The position numbers and the translations under genes are program-made. This document shows positions 1 to 12,192 of a DNA stretch of 64,000 nucleotides, piece after piece (positions within the stretch are counted from its first letter, which is position 1; each line of letters begins with the position of its first letter). A model generated the notes under the pieces. The model made no database searches. It was not told the origin of the DNA and saw only the letters and a list, made by a program, of their open reading frames with translations. Source of the stretch: Selaginella moellendorffii (lineage: Eukaryota > Plantae > Lycopodiophyta). The stretch covers positions 1,380,733 to 1,444,732 of the forward strand of contig NW_003314264.1 in the NCBI RefSeq assembly GCF_000143415.4, read 5' to 3'.

Positions 1-449
1 GATTTAAAAATGGAATCTTGGTCGGTTTTACTTGAGTTGACTGGAAGGGACTGTGACCGTGGACTAAAGTTGACTGGGACTGTGACTGGGAGATTCTCTG
101 ACGTGACTTGTTGGAGGGAGCACTAGAGGGGATGCAAATCTTTTGATGCCGCGTTAGTGGAGTGCTGAATCGATGCCACTAGCGCCATTTATCGTCAAGC
201 ACATGAATCTTAAGCTCAGCGCTCTCTAGCAAATGATAAGAGGACAGCAACTTTACGATTTCCTTTGGAATTTCTTAGAGTATCGCTAGCAGTGCCACTA
301 GCACCAATGGAGGATTGCCGGTTCAAGGCCAGGACGGTCGCCATCTGTGCGAATATACGGCGAGAGGGTATAAAAGATGGAACGATGAGCGGGGAGAAAA
401 AATTCTGTGCGTTTCGAGTGTGTTTTCGTGGGGTTGTGTATTAGTTTTA

Positions 450-3400
450 ATGGCTCCAAACCCACAGGAGGGAGCCTCATTTGTCAGCCTTGCGCTATGG
501 CATTGGATGCAACCATTGATTAACCTTGCGAACAAAAGGCCTCTAGAGGTAAGTTTGTCTGAATCACATTAACTCAAGCTAACATTGCTGTGACCAGATG
601 GATGATTTATATGATCTTTGCAAAGAGGAGACCACTGTTTTCAGCGACAAGCGCTGGAACAAAGCCAGGGAGAAGAACAAGAAAGGGTCTGTATGGAGAG
701 TGATGCTCTGGTTTCAAGGAAGAAAACTTTTGTGTTATGCTATGACCACCAGGATTCTGTGGCTTGCTTGTGGAATCTTACAGGTAAATGCCATGTTAAA
801 TTTCTTCTACAATCTTGTTTTATCTGTGTCACAGGTCTACGCGGTCAAAGCTTTGGTACTGACCGTTGAACACCCGTCTTCCATGAGATGGTGGAAAGGG
901 TTTGTACTGCTGCTCGCGGCGGTCGTGTTTCCACTCTTGCAAATGCTGTGTCAAAGCTATCTCTCGGTCGCGTTTATAAGGCTTGGCGTGCAAATTCGAG
1001 CAGCGGTGTGCATGGCCGTGTTTAACAAGGTTGAAATTTGACTGAAAGTGTTGACTGGTCCTTTGACTCAAGTTGACTGAATGGTGCAGATCCTTGTCAT
1101 GAATGCGGTGTCGCTCAGCCACACAAGCAATGGCCAGCTTCTCAACATTATCGGGAATGACATGCAAAAGCTCATGGACTTTTTGAATGCCTTTCCCTTC
1201 GGTAATCATAAATGTCATAGAAACTCTTGTACTAATCTCTAGTGTCTGTGTAGTTGCTGTGCTGATCATCGATGTGCTGGTTATCACTGGTGTTGCGGCG
1301 TATGAGATTGGGATCTCAGCAATTCCTGGGATACTGATAATTCTCCTGGCACAATTCTTTCAAGTTAAGTTCCTCTGAGATTCTCTAAGCTAAAAAGCTT
1401 TTGTCTTTTAGATTGGACTTGGGAGGAGGATCAAGAGCCTCAGGAGGAGAGCACTGGTGTTCATCGATGCCAGAGTCCGAATGGTCGGGGACGTGGTGAC
1501 GGGAATTAGAGTGATCAAATACAATGGTTGGGTTGTGCCATTCTTGAAGCAAATAGCCATCACTCGGGCCCGGGAGCTAAGCTGGATAGCAAAAGCATCT
1601 TTTATGCGGGGAGTGGCCACGGCTGTCGGGGTGAGATATATTATTATACTATTTTTCAAGATTCAAACTATTTTTTCTTTATAGGATGCTTACGTACCAT
1701 TAGCTTGTTTGGCCACCTTTGGCGTCTATGTTTTGCTCCACGGGGGGAATCTAAACGCAAAAAGTACATTTACAGTTTTGCCCTTCTTGGGAGTCTTGTA
1801 TAAATCAGCCGGCTCAGCAAGACCAGGTATGTAAATATCGTTTCAACTTCACATAACAAAGTTGATGCTAGGGTTCTTAATATTTGGAGAAGCAATGATA
1901 GGCATGGATCGTGTACAGAGATTTCTTAATATCCATGTTGAGAACACCAAAGTAATTCAGACAACTTTTTTCAATGCGCCAATTACAATATAATGTATAA
2001 TTGCAGAAATCTGCATTGCACGCAAATGCAACGGTCAAGGCAGTAAGCTGCTCTTTCACCTGGGAACCCTCGGGCACTAAAGGATCCAGCAGGCAACTTG
2101 GTCAACCAGTTCTAAGAAACATCAACCTTGAGGCTAGAAAAGGTGAGCTAGTTGCCATTGTGGGATCCACTGGGAGTGGAAAGAGTTCTTTGCTTCTGGG
2201 ACTGCTAGGCGAACTAAAGGTTTGATGAAATGCAATAATTTAAATTTGAAATTCATTTCTTTTGGTAATAATTTCAGGTACTCAGAGGCTCTTACAGTTT
2301 ACAACAAGATGCTGTTTATGTACCGCAACAGCCATGGATAATAAATGACACTGTTCGTAATAACATTCTTTTCGGCAGTGATTTTGATTTGGAGCGATAT
2401 CAAAGTGTTCTCTCTGCGTGTGCTTTGGATCAGGATGCATCTTGCTTCCCAAATGGGAGCGAATCTGAAATCGTAAGACTTGATTCCTCCTCCATTAGTT
2501 TTTCTTAACTTTTTATACGTCACCAGGGTGAAAGAGGAATAAACTTAAGTGGCGGACAGAAAGCTCGCATAAGTTTAGCCCGGGCATGCTACAATGCCTC
2601 ACCAATTGTTCTTGTGGACGATCCATTTGCGGCGGTGGATGTTCCAACAACACAGCATTTGATCCAGCACGTCTTGGGTGGCGTTCTCAAGGGCCGAACG
2701 GTGATCATCGTCACCAACAACGAGATGTGCTTGACAATGTGTAACAAAGTTTACCGCCTCGAGTATTCCACCCTACATCTCAGCGAGGCCGAGAAGGAGA
2801 TCAACCGAGGCCTGGTCAGTTACAACACTAGATCATCCCTTGAGAGCTCCCAGCAATCGATTGAACATACCTCTCCCGTGGTTCTAAACACCACCAATGC
2901 TCAACTCCAAGGATCTAGTGGATCGCTGGTCAAGAAAGAGATCAGTCTGGCAAGTAGAGGAATCGCTGCAAAAGACTTGAAGGAGTACTTTAATACAATG
3001 GGATGGTAAGTACTTGAATCGATATGAACTTCCTCACTATCTGTTTGTTTTTTTTCTTCAGGGCACTGGTCATCCTTGTGGGAATAACCTTTGTTATCAC
3101 GCAGTGTGCTTTAACGGCTGGGGATTACTGGCTAAGTGTGTGGACGGATAAAAAATACAACTTGCAAGCAGGTCTATATGTTGCAATTTATGCTGCTCTT
3201 GCAGTTGGGTTCCTCATTTTTGCTTCACTTCGAGTCTCTCTATTTACTGAAGCCACAAACAATGCTGCGAGGAAGTTACACTCGAAAATGGCTGAGAATA
3301 TCTTACGCTCGCCCGTCACCTTTTTTGATCACGTGAGTTTTCATCTTTTGAAGCTTCACACTGTATATTCATGAGCATGAGTTCAACTAACGAACGAGCA

Positions 3401-5249
3401 GAACCCCACAGGGAGGATTATCAACAGGTTTACAAAGGATCAGTCAGCAGTGGATGAAATACTACCTTTTACTTTGCAAGTAAGTCGTGATCTGATGCCA
3501 GAGTTTCTTTCTAACTAATTTTGTGTTCTTGGCAGCAAGTTATCGCATTCGTTGGCTCTTGCTTGGGGGCACTTGCTTTGATTGCCATTCTCTTGCCGTG
3601 GTTTATGCTCGTCACTCCAATTTACCTTATGGTTTTTATATACATGAGGCAAAGATATGTGGCTATTTGCTGCGATGTGAAAAGACTTGATGGAGTGTCT
3701 AGATCTGCCGTTTATGCACATTTGGTTGAGTCTATTGAAGTAAGTCTAATTCAAGAACATGGATCCAAAACTAGTTTTCATGTTTTAAAAAAATTCTGCA
3801 GGGAGTTGTTTCTATCAGAGCTTATGGAGCCGAGAAAAGATTCATGGATCGTTTTGTTAATCTGGTAGACAAAAACAACCAAGCAGGCATGATGTACGCG
3901 CATGCGTCGAGATGGTTCGCTACGAGGATGGAGATGACGGTGATTTTCAACTTGGCAGTGGTGGCTGCATTTGTGATTGCACTACGAAACTCCATATCTC
4001 CTGGAATTGCAGGTAAGAGAAATTCAACTCTTGATATCATCTGAAGTTATATCCGAGATTTACCTTGAGCAGGAATAATACTGGTTCAGAGCCTGAAATT
4101 GTCGGGACTTTTCCAGTTTACAGTCCGAAGCAGTGCAGAAGCCGAGAACCAGTTTACGAGCGTGGAGCGTATACAAGAGTACACACATTTGCCTGTGGAG
4201 CCGGATTGCAAAGACTCGAGCAAATTATCTGTCCCCAACGAGTGGCCCCACCAAGGAACCATTGAGTTTAGGAATTACACCATGGCGTACAGAGAGGATC
4301 TATCACCGGCCCTCAACAACATCTCCTTCACGGTATAAGATCATGAGATATCTCATGTTATTAACGTAACCATTCAGGTGGAAGGAGGAGAGAAGCTTGG
4401 GATTCTGGGAAGAACTGGCAGTGGCAAATCGAGCCTTGTCGCTGCCATCTTCCGGATGGTCCAGAACGACGCGTGCAGTGGCTCCATAATAATCGACGAT
4501 CTTGATATCCAGAAAGTTAAGCTGGACGACTTGAGGCGGAGACTATCGATCATCCCGCAAGATCCTGTCTTGTTCCGCGGCAGCCTTAGGTTCAACTTGG
4601 ATCCTTTCTCCGAGCACAGCGACAAGGACATGTACGAGGCCCTGGCCAGGGTTCACGTCGCGGAAAAGGTGAAGAGCATTGGAAATGGATTGGATAGCGA
4701 GGTTACAGAGAATGGAAACAACTTCAGCCTTGGAGAAAGGCAGCTCATATGCTTGGCCAGAACTCTACTACGAAAGTAAGTATATAGAAACCATTTTGCT
4801 CTTTTCTTGATAGTTTTCCTTTCCTGAGTATATGATTGGATTGTGATCAAAGGTCTCGCATTGTCATACTCGACGAGGCCACCGCAGCTATTGACAACAA
4901 GACGGACAGACTTATCCAGTCTACAATGCGCGAAGTTTTCGAGAGCTGCACTTGTTTAACAGTGGCTCACAGGATCAACACCATAATTGACTGCGGCATG
5001 GTGCTTGTTTTGGATACAGGGGGTCATGTTGTGGAGTATGATTCACCCTATAATCTTCTCAAGGCAGAAGGTACATTTTCATTGTGTTTTTATTTCTGGT
5101 TTTTCACTTTCCCTTGATCAGAAGTTTCAACAGATTCTAAGCCAGGTGTCTTTGCAAATATGGTAGCACAGTGTGGAGAAACTATAGCAGCAGAGCTAAC
5201 AAGAATGGCTGAAGATGCAATGGTTGCAAGACAACAAAACCAAATATAA
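450..5249 (+). CDS. ABC transporter C family (MRP-type), multi-exon, TMD1-NBD1-TMD2-NBD2
   Basis: L0 motif [30 protein letters not shown]; NBD1 [32 protein letters not shown]; NBD2 [25 protein letters not shown]; GT-AG introns; last exon ends TAA 5247-5249. Start uncertain. Confidence 0.93.
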
Positions 5250-6235
5250 AAACTTTAATTAATAATTAAGGCAACATCTCTGTGCCTTTCCAAATAATAA
5301 TAATAATTATGCCCATGTAGACACTCATCAAATCCCCCAGACATCTTGCGCATCTCCTTGCCACCTATCCTCCTTGTCCTTTTAGAACCAACGGCCTGTT
5401 TCTCTGCTAATCCCTTACTAAAAAAGCTGACTTTGGGCAGCACAATCTTGTAAGCTCTTTCAGCAATGTGACTATCTCTTTGGTCACAACTCTAATTGTT
5501 CTTCCTACAAGTTATCAAGGAGCAGTACTAAAAAAAAACAAAACAAAGTGAAGCACAACATCAAGTTCGGCCATTTGAAGCAACTCTGAATTTGAGAGAT
5601 CAGTGTTTGTGGACAAATAAGACAGCAACAATGATACATGTCACACGCTTGTGTGATATACAACAAGATCATTGTTTTGATGCGATTTTCTATGTCTAAT
5701 GGCTGATCACCATGAAATTTACAATGCGCCACAAACCAACTGGAACACCAGAAGATCCATGATATTTCAAACATCTGGCGAAATGATTTTCAGTCTGATT
5801 TACTTGTTGGAGACTCCTTGTCACCAAGAACCAAAAAGAAAAAAAATGAATCTCATAAGCTGTCATTGTAAGGACAAACTTACCTCGATTTCCATGCTTG
5901 GCATGGATTGGTACAGCTGGCAGTCCTAGAATGGTGATAAAGATACCATAAAAAATGAGTGAAAGAAAAGATATATATGGCTCCCATGGCCATGAAGCAC
6001 TCTTTCACACCACATAAACTTAGAATATTTTTTCTTGATACCAAAACTGAAATATATAATGCAGTTTATATTTAACTTTTAATCATTATTCAAATGGCAT
6101 ATTTATGAACAAAATAGCCATGAATCAACAAAGCAAAGATGTTACCTTTATCAATAACCTTAATGTTCTTCTCATGAAATAAAAATTTAGGCTAGCTTTT
6201 ATTTTTGAATTTTTTTTAGTTTTCATTTTATTATT

Positions 6236-7000
6236 TATAGCGCACTTTATCTCTCTCCCCTTAAGCTAATTAAAAAAGGGACAATCCTTTAGTGTTTATT
6301 TTATCCCTATTTATCCATAGTGATGATATATTTAAATTTCATCCCATAATTATATAGATTGATGGTATATTTAAATTTTATTCCATAATCATATATGTTA
6401 TATTATCCCTCCATCATGTACTAATTATAAACAACAGCTTTAAAATCTTAACAAGTTTCACTTAAAAGGAGTATAATTCAATATGACCATGGATAAAAGA
6501 TGTGCAAATAACAATATTAACATTACAATAAACAATCACAAAAGAAGTAAAGTAATATATAAATTTCTCACTTAACAATACAATCATTTAATGATACAAT
6601 CATGAAAATAATAGAATAAGAATAGTATAATGAGTCAAATCATTTAGCAATACAATTAAAGAACTTAATTCTCCCCTTCCTAAAAAATGTTATTCAAATT
6701 ATAATTAAAACTCAAAAACACTCTTTTTTTATATCATCCTTAATTTCTTAGGTGTAGTACATGTGATTATGGGATAAGATTTAGATATACTGTCACTATA
6801 GATCTTTAGATCTTTAGAACCTTTAGGGATAAATGGATAAAATAACCATTAAGCTAATTGCCTTAAGTAATTATAGAATGAGATTTGGATATATTATTAC
6901 TTTAGAACCTTAAGGGATAAATGGGGATAAAATAACTACTACATTAAGCAATTGCCCCTTTTTCAGTTAGGTTAAGGGTAGAGAGATTAAATGTGTTACA
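6236..7000. mobile_element. Non-autonomous foldback/MITE-like element with long degenerate terminal inverted repeats
   Basis: 6241-6350 (cactttatctctctccccttaagctaattaaaaaagggacaat...ttttatccctatttatcc) is the reverse complement of ~6915-7000 (gggataaatggggataaaataa...ttaagggtagagagattaaatgtgttaca); AT-rich, no ORF; target-site duplication not resolved. Confidence 0.65.
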
Positions 7001-7440
7001 TCAAGTAATAATCACTTATTTTAATAGAAGTTTCCTCCCTAAAATAAACCTTCTCCAGATTGATAAAGTTTGACACCCATTAAGAAAAACTTCAAAAGCT
7101 TGTTCAGATCCAAGGTAATAAAAGCATTATTGAAAACATCAACAGATGACATATTCCTTACCTGGTAAAGCATTTTACTTGTCTTAACTTGCAGGAATAG
7201 GGGTCATCATGTTGCTGGTATGAGGTGGAGTAAGCAATATTGGTCCCTAAGACTTGTCCTTGACTCTCCCGTGTGACATATCCTAGAAAAACAAAGAATC
7301 TGATGCAACTCTAGATTCACCTATCCATAGGACATCCCTTTAATGTACTTATATCATGATGCATTTACAGCATACACATATGAGCCTTTACTATGCTTGT
7401 ATCTCATTGGTTTCACAAGCTTCACTCTTCTAGTGGAATC

Positions 7441-9247
7441 TCAACTCATATGATTGTGTATTGAGGCAAGATAAGACAAGAGAGAGAATAGACAACTAGT
7501 GCTATATCTCCAAGGAATACTATTCCATGCCCGAACAAGATCAAATTTGCAAGTTGCATCCTGTCCATTACTTTTGCAATCATCTCCACCAATCATTTCA
7601 TATCCTTGGCCAATTCTCGATAAACCTGCTGGCTTGCCAACTGTCAAATAGTACCCTAAGGAATGGAGAACAAGAGGCTCCTCAACAAGTAGAACATTCC
7701 CTGTGTCTGATTTGTCCTTCAAGGAATCCAAATCTTGCATTTCAAGCGTCCAACGGGGATCCAACCTCGCAAGTCCGTGTTGAATTAAACTCAAGCTGGG
7801 GTTCTTGACGGCAACATACGCAGCATTCAATCCATAGAATTGAGTATAAGACTCAGTTTTTCAAGAGCTTGCTAAAAAAGTCCTTCACACTTTTGTAGAC
7901 TGTTCTGTCAAGAAGTGGCGAACTCCGTAAAGTGTTAACTGCCATTGGCCTGTACAATCTAGTAGAAACCTCGTTGGCGTATTCAACAAAGTAAGCAGTT
8001 GCGGTACCTTTTCAGAATAAACGATTCTAATTGTGAAACAAAAAACCTATACCACTAGCGCTGGAATCTTTAAGGATCCGACTAGCATAATCCTTCAGGT
8101 CGGCCTCCTCATACAATCCCCCAAAGTGAGAACACTGCAACTGAAAGTCTCTGTTTGAGTGTAGCAGAAACATTGCGTGCAACAAAAACCATACCTCCTC
8201 CTGTATTCTGGTGCGAAACCCTAACAATGCTGGCACAGACACATCCAAAAGAGATCTTGTTCTTGCTGTAGGTAACTCAAACCTATTAACCAAGGTGTCC
8301 TGCACCCCCTGGCATTCATCGAGTATAATCGGCCCCCTCTTATGCGTCTTGATCAAACGATCAAATACCTCTTCGATCCCGCAGTCACTGGATACTAACT
8401 CGAGTAGTTTAACACTTAGAACGAAAGGTCATTCTGGAACGCAAATCAAACCTGACTTGGCCCTGGCATGCTTCCTACTACCTCCTTCAACTTGTCTAGG
8501 ATGAAGAATTTGCTGAGGCGAACATCTTTGAAGCAGCACCGCGTCACGCGCATCGGAATTGACTGGTTTCCTGGATACAGAACCATTAGCCGGCTAACCA
8601 GCGCATCTAAGTCTGCTGCAGAGCCCTCCGATCCAATCCGTCCCATAGGAACACCAACAAAATATAGAGCCAAACGCAATCTCATATAGTGTTCGAGTCT
8701 TTCCAGAGCCGGAAACACCGAGCTTGTAACATTGCGACCACCTGAATCAGGCAAGGACGTGCTATATCCAATTGATCCAGAATGTATTTGGAGGCCGGAA
8801 AAGGCTCCTCGAGGCAATGCCAGAGAAGGCAAGGTTTGCGAGTGTCAAGGAGCTTGGAAAACCGTCCCTTTGCAAACGTCTGGATAGCTGGCCTTAAAAT
8901 CACTTGGCTTAGCAAGTTCTTGACCTGCTCTATGTATTTGGTTCCATATTTGGTCCAAGATAGCTTGCACATCTGCTTGATAAAGATCAAACAATTAAGC
9001 TTTGAACAAACACATAGAAAGGCAAGGAGAATGAGCATACAAGTAACGATTTGTCAGTACACCAAATCCACAAGGAAGTCCACACACAACATAAGTAAAT
9101 CTTACCAGAATCAGTGGCAGGAGCAGGAGGCGCTGCAAAAACAGAATTTGTCAGCGATGGAAGAAAGCTGCTCTTTCTTTTTCCTCCAAAACCACTTTTC
9201 CTCATCCTCACATATTTTTGCTTCCTAAAAATCACTGGCACAACCAT
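7441..9247 (-). pseudogene. Frameshifted P-loop NTPase resembling Crinkler-associated/fungal AAA-like proteins
   Basis: Walker A LGVSGSGKTRTLYEIA at 8696-8719 in a third frame between ORFs 8682-9038 and 8446-8832; downstream YF...GS.ADL, Walker B IILDECQ (8027-8356 ORF), HGLARL and VEEPLVL motifs (7441-7830). Confidence 0.6.
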
Positions 9248-9998
9248 AAATCAATCGTTCAAAAAACTCAAGTGAATATACTGGAATCAGACAGCTCTAG
9301 TATTTAAAAACACATTTGTTTTCTCGAATTGCATAAAAAAAAACAAAGTTTGCATGGTGTGAAAAGGTGGCCTTGAAAGAATTTAGAATTCCTAAAATAC
9401 TGAAAAAGGAGAATGAAAAATGCTTATTAAAAAAAAGACAACAAAATTTATCTTGAAGAAATGAAGTACATTTTTTATTACTATGTAAGGGCCAAGTGTA
9501 CAATTACGATGCCGTATACTAATATTAGCGTAATGGGATTTTGGTAGCCGTCGGATTAATTTCAATCCGGACCACTCGCTCCTGTATATAAACTAGAGTT
9601 TTTGGGCTAATTGATATGCACATTTCTGTATTCCCTTTCCATATTCCAAACACTCACAACTATTATTATTTAGAAAAAAAAAACAAAAACAATTTACAGG
9701 GAGTGATCATAAATCTATGTAGCAATCTAAATACAGATTAGAGGTAAAAGAACTACAAGGAGCGAAAATATGGGAACTCTTACCATGGTCTAACCCCTGT
9801 AGAGCTCCAAATGATGAATGAACCAGAGTTTAAGCTCACTCTTTCTTGCAAGTGAACATTACTCATAGCAATGCACTGCTGCCTGGATGATTTCTTTTGT
9901 ACTCTCAAAGAGAAAACTTTCACGAAAACAAGTGCAATATGACCAAATTTGTCATCCTGATCCCATGAATCCTAAGCCGTTGATTTCTGCCCCTATGA

Positions 9999-12158
9999 AT
10001 GCCAGCCGTTGATCATTTGGTGCGTTTGCTAAGATCTTACAACTCCGCCAGGGATCTGTGGAAGGGGAGGCAAATCCACGCATCCATTCTCGAGTCCGGC
10101 GATCTGTGTTCCAATACTTTTCTCGCCAATCTCGTTGTCCAGATGTATGGGAAGTGCGGGAGCACAGAGGACGCGAGGAGGGCTTTCGATCGAATCCACG
10201 CGCCCAATGCCTTCTCGTGGAGTATACTCCTCTCGGGCTACATCCACTGCGGCGAGATCAACGAGGCAAAGAAAATCTTCGATAGAATGCCCGATCCCGA
10301 CGTGGTGTCGTGGAATTCGATGCTCGGCGTCTATGCCAAGCAGGGCTCTGTCGAATGCGTTAAAGGCTTCTTCGATCGAATGCCTGTGAGGAGCTTGATC
10401 TCGTGGAATACGGTGCTTTCTGCGATCGCCGATTATGGGCATTTTGATAAGTGCCGAGAGTGCTTTGATCGAATGCCGCAATGGAGTGTTCTATCATTTA
10501 CTGTAGTTTTAGAAGCACTTTATCAAACAGGAAACATAGATGAGGCTGAACGTAATTTTGATTTGATGCCAGAAAGAAACATAGTTTCCTGGAATATGCT
10601 GATTGTTAGAAATGCCCAGACAGGGCACTTTGAAACAGTTGAAAGCATTTATGCGAAAATTCCAGCCACGAACATTGTGACTTGGAACTCAGTCTTGGAT
10701 GCATACAAACAGAAAGGTGATGTTTTGAAAGTGCATAAGTATTTTGAGGAAATCCCAGAAAAAGACGTCGTCAGCTGGAACACTCTTCTGTCTGCATTTG
10801 CCGTGAATGGAAATTATGAAAGTGGAAAAGCGTTGTTCCTTGGAATGCCAATAAGGAGCCTTGTATCTTGGAATATTGCACTTCAGATGTTTTCAAAAGA
10901 AACCTTAAGCACCACCCATGAAGTTTTCATGTCTATGCCGAAATGGGATCCAGTCGCGTGGACGCTTATGATTCAAGCACATACCGCGAACGGGGATTTG
11001 GACATGGCACGGGAATTGTTTGATGAAATGCCCGCAAAGACGATGGCGGCGTGGACGGCCATGATCACAGCGCACTCGCAGAGAGGACGTGTGGCAGATG
11101 CAAGAGCCCTCTTCGATGCCATGGACGAGCGCGATAGTGTTGCATGGACAGCCATGATCGCCGGCTATGCGCTTCATGGCGACAATGGAAGAGCCAAAGA
11201 GCTCTTCGACGCCATGGGTGACGGGAAGACTATCGTCTCCTGGAACGCAATGCTGGGATCCTTGTCCGGCGATATTGCTAAGATGGAGCGATTCATGCAC
11301 AAAATGCCCAGATGGGACGTGATCTCTTGCAACTCAGTCGCGGCCATCCACGCGCAGAGCAAAGGTTCTTGCGATGCTGCCAAGTTTCTATTCGATTCCA
11401 TGCTGGAGCGCAATGTCTTCTCGTGGAACACACTGATCCTCGCGTTTGGATCGAGCGAGCGAGCCGTGGAAGCCAACCGAGCGTTCGAAAGAATACCCCA
11501 CCGGGATTTGATCACCTGGAGCTCCATCGTCGCCGCCAACGCACAGAACAGCCAAATGGATCGCGCGGAGGAGCTATTCGCGAGCATGCCCGAATGGGAC
11601 GTATACTCTTATAACGCAATCCTAAGTCTCTATGCCCAGACCGGGCATATCGATCGAGCAAAGGCATTGTTTGATGGGCTCTGGATTAAAGACTCGATAA
11701 CTTGGAGCACGATGGTGGCAGCGTATGCCCAAGACGGAGGATCACACACCAACTTAGCGATGGAGCTCTTTCGTCTCATGGTTTTGGATGGCTTCTCCCC
11801 TCACGGGCTGTGTTTCGTGAGCTTGCTCGCAGCGTCCAGCCACCTCGGGCTCAAACACGAGACGCGAGAGAGCTTCGCGTCGATGGTCTCGGACTTTGGC
11901 GTGGATCCAAGCCCGGAGCATTTTCTGTGCGTGATCGACGCCTTGGGACGGTCTGGCGAGCTGGGAAGAAGCCGAGAGCTGATTGAAAGCATGCCGTTTG
12001 TGCCGGACGAAGGTGCGTGGAGCACATTGCTTGCCGCTTGCTCTAGAGGCCATGGATCGAGCGTGGAGGAGCTGGCAGCACACAAAACTCTCGAGCTGGA
12101 TCCGCGGAGTAGCCCGACTTATGTTCTTCTCTCCAGCGCTCTATGCTGCCAAGTTTGA
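9999..12158 (+). CDS. PLS-class PPR protein with E domain, no DYW (putative organellar RNA-editing factor)
   Basis: Intronless 719-aa ORF; many short repeats (FDRMP..DVVSWN); C-terminal PEHFLCVIDALGRSG...MPFVPDEGAWSTLLAAC...ELDP..SPTYVLLS. Confidence 0.95.
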   Translation: MPAVDHLVRLLRSYNSARDLWKGRQIHASILESGDLCSNTFLANLVVQMYGKCGSTEDARRAFDRIHAPNAFSWSILLSGYIHCGEINEAKKIFDRMPDPDVVSWNSMLGVYAKQGSVECVKGFFDRMPVRSLISWNTVLSAIADYGHFDKCRECFDRMPQWSVLSFTVVLEALYQTGNIDEAERNFDLMPERNIVSWNMLIVRNAQTGHFETVESIYAKIPATNIVTWNSVLDAYKQKGDVLKVHKYFEEIPEKDVVSWNTLLSAFAVNGNYESGKALFLGMPIRSLVSWNIALQMFSKETLSTTHEVFMSMPKWDPVAWTLMIQAHTANGDLDMARELFDEMPAKTMAAWTAMITAHSQRGRVADARALFDAMDERDSVAWTAMIAGYALHGDNGRAKELFDAMGDGKTIVSWNAMLGSLSGDIAKMERFMHKMPRWDVISCNSVAAIHAQSKGSCDAAKFLFDSMLERNVFSWNTLILAFGSSERAVEANRAFERIPHRDLITWSSIVAANAQNSQMDRAEELFASMPEWDVYSYNAILSLYAQTGHIDRAKALFDGLWIKDSITWSTMVAAYAQDGGSHTNLAMELFRLMVLDGFSPHGLCFVSLLAASSHLGLKHETRESFASMVSDFGVDPSPEHFLCVIDALGRSGELGRSRELIESMPFVPDEGAWSTLLAACSRGHGSSVEELAAHKTLELDPRSSPTYVLLSSALCCQV

Positions 12159-12192
12159 GCGAACGATTCGACTGAAAAGTATGGAGTCATCG

